The translations under genes were made by a program, and so were the position numbers. A stretch of 32,000 bases of DNA from Nanobdellota archaeon (lineage in GTDB: Archaea > Nanobdellota > Nanobdellia > Nanobdellales > Nanobdellaceae), in NCBI GenBank assembly GCA_042850255.1, contig AP031373.1:30001-62000 (forward strand), given 5' to 3'. The notes under the pieces were generated by a model that was not told where the DNA came from, searched no databases, and saw only the letters and a program-made list of their open reading frames with translations. Shown in pieces: positions 16,884 to 25,247 of the stretch. Each line of letters begins with the position of its first letter. Positions within the stretch are counted from its first letter, which is position 1.

Positions 16884-17800
16884 AATGTTCTTTCTGTAAT
16901 AATAATGCAATATATAAAGATTCTGAAAATAATTATTATTGCAAAGATCATTTTATAAAATATTTCGAAGAGAAAACAATAAAAACAATTGAAAGATTTA
17001 AACTAATAAAACCTGGAGAGAGAATTGGGGTAGGAGTATCTGGAGGAAAAGATTCAAATGCTCTATTATATTTTTTAAATAAATATAAAGAATATTTTGG
17101 TATTGAAGTAATAGGAATACACATTGATGAAGGTATTAGCGGTTATAGAGATAAAGATACTAAAAAATTATTGGAACTAGCAGAAAAATATAAATGGAAC
17201 ATAAAAATATATAGATTTATAGATTATTTCAATATAAGATTAGAAAATGCATTAAAAATTAATAAAGAATTTAGATCATGTACAATCTGTGGTGTTTGGA
17301 GAAGATGGTTAATGTGGAAAGCAGCAAAAGATTTAAATATTGATAAGTTTGCAACAGCGCATAATTTAAATGACGAAGTACAGACTATAATAATGAATAT
17401 GTTTGAAGGAAATCTAAAGGATCTACTAAAAGAAGGACCATATGTTGGAATAATAGAAGAAGACTTTATACCTAGAATAAAACCTTTTTATTTTAATAAA
17501 GAAAAAGAAAATTTATTATATTCTGTAATAAATAATTTAGAACCCCCATATGGAGAATGTCCATTCATTGTAGGACAATTTAGAGATATTGTTAGATCTA
17601 AATTATATGAATTAGAAGACAAATATAATAGATTCCATGAAAATTTTTTAAACAATTTTATAGAAACTTTAATAAAGGCAAAAAATGATTATAAAAAGAT
17701 GAATTCTATAAAATTAAGAAAATGTAAGATATGTGGATATCCAACAACTAGAGAAATTTGTAGGGCCTGTGAAATAAAATTGAAAATAAAAAATGGATAA
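16880..17800 (+). CDS. ttuA: tRNA 2-thiolation PP-loop ATPase, TtuA/Ncs6 family
   Basis: It has the N-terminal Zn finger CSFC...CKDH, the PP-loop SGGKDS, cluster cysteines in SCTICGVWRR and GECPF, and the C-terminal CKICG...CRAC. It is colinear with archaeal TtuA over the full 306 aa. Confidence 0.85.
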   Translation: MKCSFCNNNAIYKDSENNYYCKDHFIKYFEEKTIKTIERFKLIKPGERIGVGVSGGKDSNALLYFLNKYKEYFGIEVIGIHIDEGISGYRDKDTKKLLELAEKYKWNIKIYRFIDYFNIRLENALKINKEFRSCTICGVWRRWLMWKAAKDLNIDKFATAHNLNDEVQTIIMNMFEGNLKDLLKEGPYVGIIEEDFIPRIKPFYFNKEKENLLYSVINNLEPPYGECPFIVGQFRDIVRSKLYELEDKYNRFHENFLNNFIETLIKAKNDYKKMNSIKLRKCKICGYPTTREICRACEIKLKIKNG

Positions 17801-18224
17801 AAAAATAGATATAATAAAAGAAATTTTAATTATATTTTTATCTTTATTTATATTGGAAACTTTATTAGATTTAATAGCATTTATAGTTTATCCATCTATA
17901 TTTCCAAATTATATAAATAATTATGTAATATTATTTTTATCTATAATTTTAATAATTTCGATTGTTTCTGCATATTTAATTAATAATAATAACATTTATG
18001 GATATACTATATCATTCATTATATCTATATTAATACTATTTTCCGCATTTACATTAAATTCTTATAATATAATAGATATAGCTGTAAGAAATGTAGCATC
18101 CAATTATGGAATATTTCCAAACCCAATAATATTATTTTGGGGTATTATTATATTCTCCATTAGTTTAAAAAGAATAATTTATCTAGTTAACCATTCATCT
18201 TTAAAGAATGTAAATAAAGAATAG
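17793..18224 (+). CDS. Small membrane protein (4 TM)
   Basis: Four hydrophobic helices are present. The start overlaps the ttuA end by 8 nt. Confidence 0.5.
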   Translation: MDKKIDIIKEILIIFLSLFILETLLDLIAFIVYPSIFPNYINNYVILFLSIILIISIVSAYLINNNNIYGYTISFIISILILFSAFTLNSYNIIDIAVRNVASNYGIFPNPIILFWGIIIFSISLKRIIYLVNHSSLKNVNKE

Positions 18225-19432
18225 AAAACAATTATTGGAAATAAAAATGATAAAATAAAGTAATAAAATATAGAATTTTTATTGTTGCTGAACTTTTTAT
18301 ATTCTGCATATATTATAAAGATGTAAAAAGATAAAACCAAATATTTAATAATTATATTAAATAAATGCAGGATTGTATGAAATGGTATAGTAGTATAATA
18401 TCTAGTTATCAGATGATGTAAAAATATAAAATCAGCGAGAGATTTTCTTACAATAAAATAATATAAAAAGTTGTAAATATTGTAATACTTTATAAACAAA
18501 ATTAGAGATAAAGAATTATATAATATATAAATATATATAAATATTGGAACTAAATAAGACAATATATAAAGAAAATAGAATATATCTCTACTTAATATAT
18601 ATTTTTCTTTTATATTCACCAAAATTGAATATACAAAAGCTCTTGTATATCTAATATTTTTCTTTATTAATTCTTCAAAATTATTTATACCTTTGGTCAT
18701 AACGTAATAATGATCTATATAAAATATCTTTTTTCCATTATTAATTAAGATAGAAGATAATATTTGATCATCCCCTATTCTTTTATTAGAATGTTTTTCT
18801 ACTAATTCATTATATGCTTCATATATATCATTAAATTTTCCCATAATACATTCTCCATTTAAAGATAATTGATTCCCATTTCCAGAAAATCCTTTAAGAG
18901 TATAGATATATATTCCCTTATTCAATTTGAACACATCATTCCATATACTATTTCCATAAAGAAATATATTAAATGAGACTGCAGAAAAATTATATTTTTC
19001 TAAATAATATACACCAATCTTAATATTCTTTTCGATTAGAAATGTATCACTATCTAATAATATAACATATTTTGGATTAAAATTTTTTATATAATTTAAT
19101 CCTTTCCATATAGCTTTTTTCTTATTTTTTTCTTCTATGTATAAATATTTTACATTATTCTTTTCTAATATTTCCTTATATTTTTCGGAACTTCCATTGA
19201 GTACATAAATAATGTTATATTTTCTATGAAAATTTATATGAGATTTTAAAATTTCTATATCTTCATTATATACTGGAACTATTATGTAGAAATCGTCTTT
19301 TTTTATTTTTATATTTATATCCCTATCTTTATACTTTAAATCATATCTTATAATCCCAATAAGGATATAGAAGAAATATATTAAAGTTATAAAAAGGACA
19401 AAATATGAAACTATAAATAAAAAATTCATCAA
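18179..19432 (-). CDS. Membrane-embedded family 2 glycosyltransferase (processive synthase-like)
   Basis: It has an N-terminal TM helix, then IIVPVYNEDIEIL, LLDSDT, GDDQILS and a Q..RW-like KKNIRYTRA, followed by C-terminal TM helices. Confidence 0.7.
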   Translation of the reverse strand: MMNFLFIVSYFVLFITLIYFFYILIGIIRYDLKYKDRDINIKIKKDDFYIIVPVYNEDIEILKSHINFHRKYNIIYVLNGSSEKYKEILEKNNVKYLYIEEKNKKKAIWKGLNYIKNFNPKYVILLDSDTFLIEKNIKIGVYYLEKYNFSAVSFNIFLYGNSIWNDVFKLNKGIYIYTLKGFSGNGNQLSLNGECIMGKFNDIYEAYNELVEKHSNKRIGDDQILSSILINNGKKIFYIDHYYVMTKGINNFEELIKKNIRYTRAFVYSILVNIKEKYILSRDIFYFLYILSYLVPIFIYIYILYNSLSLILFIKYYNIYNFLYYFIVRKSLADFIFLHHLITRYYTTIPFHTILHLFNIIIKYLVLSFYIFIIYAEYKKFSNNKNSIFYYFILSFLFPIIVFYSLFTFFKDEWLTR

Positions 19433-19626
19433 ATCTTCTTTAACTTTGCAATTGTTTCTATTTGTTGCACATGTCCTAAAAATACTTGTCTACAACAAAC
19501 TCTTTCTAATCCTAATTCATCCAAAGCCTCTTTTGGAGATTTACCCTGATTTAATAAATCATTATATTTTTCCCATAAATGACCTATAGGTTTTCCACAA
19601 GTAAAACATCTAATTGGTATAATCAT
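19429..19626 (-). CDS. rpoN: DNA-directed RNA polymerase subunit N (Rpo10)
   Basis: MIIPIRCFTCGKPIG...ALDELGLERVCCRQVF is the hallmark Zn-binding pattern of RpoN/Rpb10. Confidence 0.9.
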   Translation of the reverse strand: MIIPIRCFTCGKPIGHLWEKYNDLLNQGKSPKEALDELGLERVCCRQVFLGHVQQIETIAKLKKI

Positions 19627-19658
19627 AATTAATTTATTTTTTACTTATTTTTATAAAT

Positions 19659-20861
19659 TTAAGCATTTGCTATTATTTGTATAACATCCCTATTCTTTAA
19701 TATATAATCTCTTCCCAAGAATTTTTTTGTTCTTACATCTATTGCTTTAACAAAATTTTTTGCTAAATCAGAATGAATTTTATTTGCAAAATCTATTACT
19801 GTACTTCCAGGAGGTAATAGAAAACAATCTGGCAATATTCTACCTTCTTTATCTGCCAAAGAATCAACCCCACCAGGAAATACTGCAACATATTTTAATA
19901 CATCAAATACTGTTATATCTAATAAATTTTGTACTCCAGTACTTCCAAATTCTTTAAATATATTATTCTCTATAAAATCCAATGCTTTCTTTTCTTTTTC
20001 ATTTAATTCTCCTTTTATTTCAAAACTTCCTTCTCCAGGTATATAAAATATTTTACCCTGTTTATCTAATTCTTTTAATATTAATTCTGCATAACCTGAT
20101 GTAGGTATAATAATCTTATCTGGAAAGACTTCCTTTAATTTTTTTAAATTTCTTTTTGCAATATCTATATTTATATCAATTCTATTTGCAGCAATAACAA
20201 TTGGTTTTGATATTTTTCTTATCGTAGAAGATAATTCAAATAATTTTTTATCATCATTTATTATATCATAATCTTCACTACTTATATTTAATTCTCTAAA
20301 TGCTTTTTCAACATGATATTCTTTTACATTCAATCCAGAAATTAATTTTGCTAGTTCTTTATCTAATTCTAAATGTTCTACTTTTATTTTTCTTATATTT
20401 TTTTCTAAATTTTTCTTTATTATATTAAAAAACCACCAGTCAATTTCATCTTCATACCACTTTATATCATTAGAAGGATCATAATTCCCAGGTCCAATAT
20501 ATTGTCCTTCTTCATTTGTACTTCCAGAAATATCTACTACATGTATTAAAGCATCTGCTTGCCTTACATCATCTAGAAATTTATTACCTAAACCTCTACC
20601 TTCATGTGCTCCTGGTACTAAACCTGCAATATCTATTATTTCTATTGGAACAAATCTATATTTTCCTTTAATATATCCATATCTTGGATTAGATTGTACA
20701 CCAAATTCTGGTCCTACATCTTCTACCCTTACATATCCTACACCTTTATTAGGATCTATTGTAGTAAAAGGATAATTTGCTATTGCAACATCTTGTAATG
20801 TTATTGCCTTAAACATTGTAGATTTACCAACATTTGGTTTTCCTGTCAAACCTATTAACAT
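19659..20861 (-). CDS. YchF/OLA1-family P-loop NTPase with a C-terminal TGS-like domain
   Basis: The G1 motif is GKPNVGKST. NYPFTTIDPN, DIAGLVPGAHEGRGLGNKFLDDVRQADALIHVVD and NRID follow, and the C-terminal segment looks TGS-like. Confidence 0.85.
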   Translation of the reverse strand: MLIGLTGKPNVGKSTMFKAITLQDVAIANYPFTTIDPNKGVGYVRVEDVGPEFGVQSNPRYGYIKGKYRFVPIEIIDIAGLVPGAHEGRGLGNKFLDDVRQADALIHVVDISGSTNEEGQYIGPGNYDPSNDIKWYEDEIDWWFFNIIKKNLEKNIRKIKVEHLELDKELAKLISGLNVKEYHVEKAFRELNISSEDYDIINDDKKLFELSSTIRKISKPIVIAANRIDINIDIAKRNLKKLKEVFPDKIIIPTSGYAELILKELDKQGKIFYIPGEGSFEIKGELNEKEKKALDFIENNIFKEFGSTGVQNLLDITVFDVLKYVAVFPGGVDSLADKEGRILPDCFLLPPGSTVIDFANKIHSDLAKNFVKAIDVRTKKFLGRDYILKNRDVIQIIANA

Positions 20862-20891
20862 AAAAATTCTTTATTAATTTAATTTTAAAAT

Positions 20892-21374
20892 TTATTGTAA
20901 AGTTAAAGTACCTTCTTTTCTAATCCTTCTATAAGATATATCAAATAGTATTATTCCTATAATTAAATAAATCAAACTAGAAATTATTGATAAAAATAAT
21001 AAATTATAATCTACAGGTTCTTTTAATACAATATTTCTAAATTCTTGCAATAAAATTGAAGGAGAAAGTATTATAGTATATTTATAGAAAAAGAAAAAGG
21101 ATAAAGAATATGATACTGGAATAAAAGAAGAAAGAAACATGCTAATTAACCTCCTTATATATCTAGAATCTCCTCTTTTTAATAAATAAATTGGAGAAAA
21201 GATAAAGTAAAATGATACTGTAAAAATTAATAATATTATAGAAAGTATAAAAGATATAAAAATTAGATATAAAAATGATTTAGAAAAGAATAAAAAGAAT
21301 ATAAAAAATAATATAGAGAATGTTAAATTAAAAGAAACAAATCTAGAAGATGTATTTTCATATTTTATTTCCAA
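20892..21374 (-). CDS. Small membrane protein (4-5 TM)
   Basis: Hydrophobic helices only; no family motif recognised. Confidence 0.45.
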   Translation of the reverse strand: MEIKYENTSSRFVSFNLTFSILFFIFFLFFSKSFLYLIFISFILSIILLIFTVSFYFIFSPIYLLKRGDSRYIRRLISMFLSSFIPVSYSLSFFFFYKYTIILSPSILLQEFRNIVLKEPVDYNLLFLSIISSLIYLIIGIILFDISYRRIRKEGTLTLQ

Positions 21375-21419
21375 TTCTCAAAAATAGTTTTTAAAGTATT
21401 TTTTCTAATATTATCTTTA

Positions 21420-22748
21420 ATGAGTAGTAAATTAGATAATATACTTAATGATATAAAAGATATGAAAGATTATGATGAATTTATAAATTATATAAGATCC
21501 GATATAAATAGAGAATTTAAAAGTACTATGTATCTTGGCTATAAAACTAATGGTTCTGTTACTACTTTAAAAAAAGAGGAAATATTTCCAATAATATATG
21601 GAAGGTATTTTATTCCAAGAGTATTTAATTACAACAACAATAGAAAAATAATACCAGATTATACTTACGATATCATAAAAATAGCTGTTGTATTTCAATT
21701 GGATGGAAATAAAGAAAAAAGATATATTAAAGAAATCGGACAAGAAAGAAAAGATATTTATATAGATTATGATAGAAGTAAAATGCCAGAATCTGTTATA
21801 TTAGAGTCTGAAAATGATGATGATATAAAAAAATTAGTTCAAACAGTACCATATAATGGTGATGATCCTGATAACCAATTAAAAGAATCTATAAAAATTA
21901 TTAGAGATAGATCTGAAAAAGTTTATACTCCTACAATATTATTTATTCCTTTATTACATAATAACCCATATTTTTTGAAAATTAATTATATGAGTAAACC
22001 ATATTTTCAACTTTATCCTTATAGTTTTACAGTTTATTTGGGAAGTCGAGAGGATGTTTTAGTACCAGATTATGTAGAAAATAATCTATTATCTTCTTTA
22101 TTATTAACAGATATTGTTCCATATCCTACACTAGAGCCTACATTACTAAATTTGGATTACAAATTCGAATTTGATAAAAATAATTTAGAAAAAGGCTGGT
22201 ACATAGAAGAACATGTAGATGAAGTAAATAATAAATTTTCAAATATAATAAAGAACATATCTAATGCAATAATAGAACTAAAATATTTACCTGAAGATAT
22301 TTCTTCATATCAAATTTCTATAAAGGATAATAAACCAATATTTTTCGATATAGGATCTGGTATACAAGTTGTTTTGAATAAGGATCAATTAAAGAAAGTT
22401 GTAGTAAGTACTTTAGGTGATATTATAGATGGTATGACGAATTCCCCATTGTTGAAACATTGTAGAATAAATAATAGCATATTACAATGCGGGAGAAATA
22501 TAGAAACTAAAAAGGAGGATTTATATAAATTAATTGAAGATATAACAGGAATAAAATATGAAGATACCACATATATGAGTTATAAAAATTTGTATACAGA
22601 TATATTAGGAGAATTAGAAAGAAAATATGAAATATTTAATGATTCATTTAGAAAAATAGATAATTTGAGAGATGAAGAATTTTATCCTATAAAATATTAT
22701 TTAGAAAAAGTAATAGAGATTTATTTAAGATCAAGAAAGATTATTTAA
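21420..22748 (+). CDS. Hypothetical protein, 442 aa, soluble orphan
   Basis: This is a long ORF with a non-repetitive, mixed-composition sequence. I recognise no catalytic or binding motif. Confidence 0.6.
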   Translation: MSSKLDNILNDIKDMKDYDEFINYIRSDINREFKSTMYLGYKTNGSVTTLKKEEIFPIIYGRYFIPRVFNYNNNRKIIPDYTYDIIKIAVVFQLDGNKEKRYIKEIGQERKDIYIDYDRSKMPESVILESENDDDIKKLVQTVPYNGDDPDNQLKESIKIIRDRSEKVYTPTILFIPLLHNNPYFLKINYMSKPYFQLYPYSFTVYLGSREDVLVPDYVENNLLSSLLLTDIVPYPTLEPTLLNLDYKFEFDKNNLEKGWYIEEHVDEVNNKFSNIIKNISNAIIELKYLPEDISSYQISIKDNKPIFFDIGSGIQVVLNKDQLKKVVVSTLGDIIDGMTNSPLLKHCRINNSILQCGRNIETKKEDLYKLIEDITGIKYEDTTYMSYKNLYTDILGELERKYEIFNDSFRKIDNLRDEEFYPIKYYLEKVIEIYLRSRKII

Positions 22749-23656
22749 TTATTTATAGGTTTATATTCTCTACCAATTTTTATATATTTTTCTTTAAATT
22801 TTTCTAAAGCTATATAAGGATCATATTTACTTAATAAATCTAAAACAAATTCTAATTTCCTCATTTTTCTTTTGATAGTAAATCCTATTTCATTATAAAA
22901 TTTTTGAATATCTTCTAATCTATAGATAATTAGATAATAAACGGTAAAATTGGCTATATATATTTTATTCCTAGCTTTTATAGCTTCCCCTTTCTTAGCG
23001 CCTATTCTATATCTAGTTTTAATACCAAACTTATTTAATATATCTGCGATATTATCTAAAAGTTCTTTATTAGAATTACATAATTCTATAGCAATTCCTA
23101 ATTTCTTACTTGTTCTTACTACAGGATACCCCTCTGCATCATAAAATCCTCTTAAAAAATATTTTATATAAGGCATAGAAAATTGTAAAAGTTCTCTCCA
23201 ATCCCTATTTAGAAACATATATAATTGTTTAGATTTTATACGAGCAGCCCATCTATCAGATCTAGTTCTATCTCTTTCAAAAAATAAATCTACATCAAAA
23301 CCCAATTTTTTAGCACATTTAGCAAATTCCTCAGCAAATTCTTTATCTATAACTCTTATTCTTACTCTATATTCATAGTTCTTCTCCCTAAAATACAAAT
23401 CTCCATCACCTAAAAAGGCTCCTATTATATATGATAATTCTGGAGATGGTTTTATATCTCCTAAGTTTAATTTTTTAAATGGATCAGTAATATTATTACA
23501 CCATCTTATTACAGTAGCCTTTGATATTTTTACATTATATTTTTCCTTAATATAATTTACAATTTTGTTATAACTTAAACCTTCTTGCCTTAATGAGATT
23601 ACTTCATTATGTATTATTCTTAAACTTTCAGGATCTGTATTTTTCAGATTTTTCAT
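22745..23656 (-). CDS. Free-standing LAGLIDADG homing-endonuclease-family protein with an N-terminal HTH
   Basis: Two LAGLIDADG motifs are present: YIIGAFLGDGDL and YFLRGFYDAEGY, with the acidic residues retained. The N-terminus EGLSYNKIVNYIKEKYNVKISKATVIRW is HTH-like. The gene is not embedded in an intron or intein. Confidence 0.85.
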   Translation of the reverse strand: MKNLKNTDPESLRIIHNEVISLRQEGLSYNKIVNYIKEKYNVKISKATVIRWCNNITDPFKKLNLGDIKPSPELSYIIGAFLGDGDLYFREKNYEYRVRIRVIDKEFAEEFAKCAKKLGFDVDLFFERDRTRSDRWAARIKSKQLYMFLNRDWRELLQFSMPYIKYFLRGFYDAEGYPVVRTSKKLGIAIELCNSNKELLDNIADILNKFGIKTRYRIGAKKGEAIKARNKIYIANFTVYYLIIYRLEDIQKFYNEIGFTIKRKMRKLEFVLDLLSKYDPYIALEKFKEKYIKIGREYKPINN

Positions 23657-23751
23657 AATCTATTTTTGGCTTATAAACTTTTTAAATCCTATGACATAAT
23701 TATAATAAATTGATATAATTCTTATGAAGGTATTTATAATATATATTCTTA

Positions 23752-23928
23752 ATGGAGATAAAACTAAAGGTAAAATTACAGAAAAAGATTACAAGAAAAA
23801 TTGGTAACAAAGTATACTATAATTATTATATTACGATCCCTTCGAAGGTTATTGAAACATTGGGGTTAGATAAATATGTAGATAAAGAAATAGAAATTGT
23901 TGTAATACCTATAAAAGATGAAAAATAG
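23752..23928 (+). CDS. AbrB/SpoVT-like small DNA-binding protein (58 aa), missing from the ORF track
   Basis: My translation is MEIKLKVKLQKKITRKIGNKVYYNYYITIPSKVIETLGLDKYVDKEIEIVVIPIKDEK. The ITIPSKVIETLGL...EIEIVV segment fits the swapped-hairpin AbrB pattern. Confidence 0.55.
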   Translation: MEIKLKVKLQKKITRKIGNKVYYNYYITIPSKVIETLGLDKYVDKEIEIVVIPIKDEK

Positions 23929-23977
23929 ATTTATAAGGATTATGTTTTTATATTACTGCCAAAAAGTAGTAATGGAA

Positions 23978-24052
23978 AAGCGGGGCGAGGATTTGAACCT
24001 CGGACCTGGGGGTTATGAGCCCCCCGGGCACTCCTGGCTGCCCTACCCCGCT
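23978..24052 (-). tRNA. Initiator tRNA-Met (CAU)
   Basis: The reverse complement is AGCGGGGTAGGGCAGCCAGGAGTGCCCGGGGGGCTCATAACCCCCAGGTCCGAGGTTCAAATCCTCGCCCCGCTT. It has an A1:U72 pair and a G-C-only anticodon stem (GGGGG/CCCCC), both typical of archaeal initiators. Position 73 reads U rather than the usual A. Confidence 0.88.
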
Positions 24053-24144
24053 ATCTATCTAAATTATATTATATAAAATTTATAAATGATTTTTCATAAA
24101 ATAAAAACATATTAAATTAAATAAAAATCAAAAAATCAGAAAAA

Positions 24145-24432
24145 TTATTTCTTTGATATTACAATTTCTATTGTTGATACCCTTCTTTTCTTCCCACTTT
24201 GATCTACTTGTCTTTCTTCAGAGTCTATTTTTATTGAAGATATATCTACTTGTCCTGCTAAGAATTTTTTTCTAACTACTTCTGCTACATCTACTGCTCT
24301 AGATATAAATCTTCCTCTTGCTTTTATTACTACTTCCTTTGCTTCTTGACTTGTAAATTGCATTACTACCGCTGTTACATAGTTCATAAATGGTTTGTTT
24401 CCTATGTATATTACACTCTGTTCTGCCATCAT
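24145..24432 (-). CDS. albA: Chromatin/RNA-binding protein Alba
   Basis: VIYIGNKPFMNYVTAVVMQF...VVIKARGRFISRAVDVAEVVRKKF is the Alba signature. Confidence 0.9.
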   Translation of the reverse strand: MMAEQSVIYIGNKPFMNYVTAVVMQFTSQEAKEVVIKARGRFISRAVDVAEVVRKKFLAGQVDISSIKIDSEERQVDQSGKKRRVSTIEIVISKK

Positions 24433-24623
24433 GAAGATTGTAATCTTCTTATTTGCCTTGTAATATATCCAGCCAACATATTTCTTAATCTCTTTGAAGG
24501 TAATGAAGTTATAGCCTGCAATATTTTTATATTTTTCTTATAATCGGTAGTAAATAAATTTCCATATTTTTCCAATATTTTATTTGCTTCTCTTCTAAAT
24601 TTACCATGAAGTATCCTACCCAT
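24429..24623 (-). CDS. rps17e: 30S ribosomal protein S17e
   Basis: MGRI...KFRREANKILEKY...SKRLRNMLAGYITRQIRR matches the S17e pattern. It has an ATGA overlap with alba. Confidence 0.85.
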   Translation of the reverse strand: MGRILHGKFRREANKILEKYGNLFTTDYKKNIKILQAITSLPSKRLRNMLAGYITRQIRRLQSS

Positions 24624-24673
24624 ATTTTATAAATCTAAGATAAATTTATAAAGAGTAATTTGAATTCTATAAA

Positions 24674-25189
24674 ATGAAGATTGGAAAAAATCCTCCAGAA
24701 GATATAAATGTTTTTATAGAAATACCAAAAGGAAGCAATATAAAATATGAATTTGATGAAGAGGAAGGAGTAATAAAAGTTGATAGAATATTATATACTG
24801 CAATGTTTTATCCATTTAATTACGGATTTATACCAGAAACTCTGGAAGAAGATGGGGATCCATTGGATTGTTTAGTAATAACATATGAAACATTTGTACC
24901 AGGAGTAGTTATTAGAGCAAAACCAATTGGAGTATTAATTACTGAAGACGAAGAAGGTGTTGATAGAAAAATAATTGCAGTTCCTCATGAAAAAATTGAT
25001 CCAAGATTTTCAAATATAAAAGATATAAAAGATTTACCGGAAGCAATATTAAATCAAATAAAGCATTTCTATGAACATTATAAAGAATTGGAACCTGGTA
25101 AATTTGTGAAAGTAAAAGAATTTAAAGGAAAAGAAGAAGCTTTAAGTATAATTAAGGAAGCAGCGGAAAGATATAAAAACAAAAAATAA
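24674..25189 (+). CDS. ppa: Family I inorganic pyrophosphatase
   Basis: [34 protein letters not shown] and DRKIIAV motifs are present. Confidence 0.95.
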   Translation: MKIGKNPPEDINVFIEIPKGSNIKYEFDEEEGVIKVDRILYTAMFYPFNYGFIPETLEEDGDPLDCLVITYETFVPGVVIRAKPIGVLITEDEEGVDRKIIAVPHEKIDPRFSNIKDIKDLPEAILNQIKHFYEHYKELEPGKFVKVKEFKGKEEALSIIKEAAERYKNKK

Positions 25190-25201
25190 ATTTATTTTTT
25201 A

Positions 25202-25247
25202 ATGAAGAAACATTACGCTGCTGAATGGTGATGAGACCTTCCACTGA
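25202..25247 (+). ncRNA. Probable box C/D sRNA overlapping the start codon of the downstream methyltransferase gene
   Basis: Architecture: ATGAAGA (C-like, 25202-25208), 12 nt AACATTACGCTG, CTGA (25221-25224), ATG, GTGATGA (C', 25228-25234), 9 nt GACCTTCCA, CTGA (25244-25247). This is a GC-rich patch in an AT-rich spacer. The C box is non-consensus and the second guide is short. Confidence 0.55.

Noticed and set aside
16880-17800. PP-loop ATPase as a DNA-modification enzyme (DndC/SspD/QueC-like) of a defence system partnered with the AAA+ ATPase.
   Set aside because: The domain order matches tRNA thiolase TtuA end to end: N-terminal Zn finger, SGGKDS, CxxC...C cluster ligands and a C-terminal double CxxC. 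A housekeeping tRNA-modification role is the simpler reading.
23929-24052. att site or integrase evidence for an integrated element at tRNA-iMet.
   Set aside because: No integrase gene is present. Reading through 20.8-24.0 kb, I could not find a second copy of the tRNA 3' segment. The idea is kept only as a low-confidence hypothesis in the findings.
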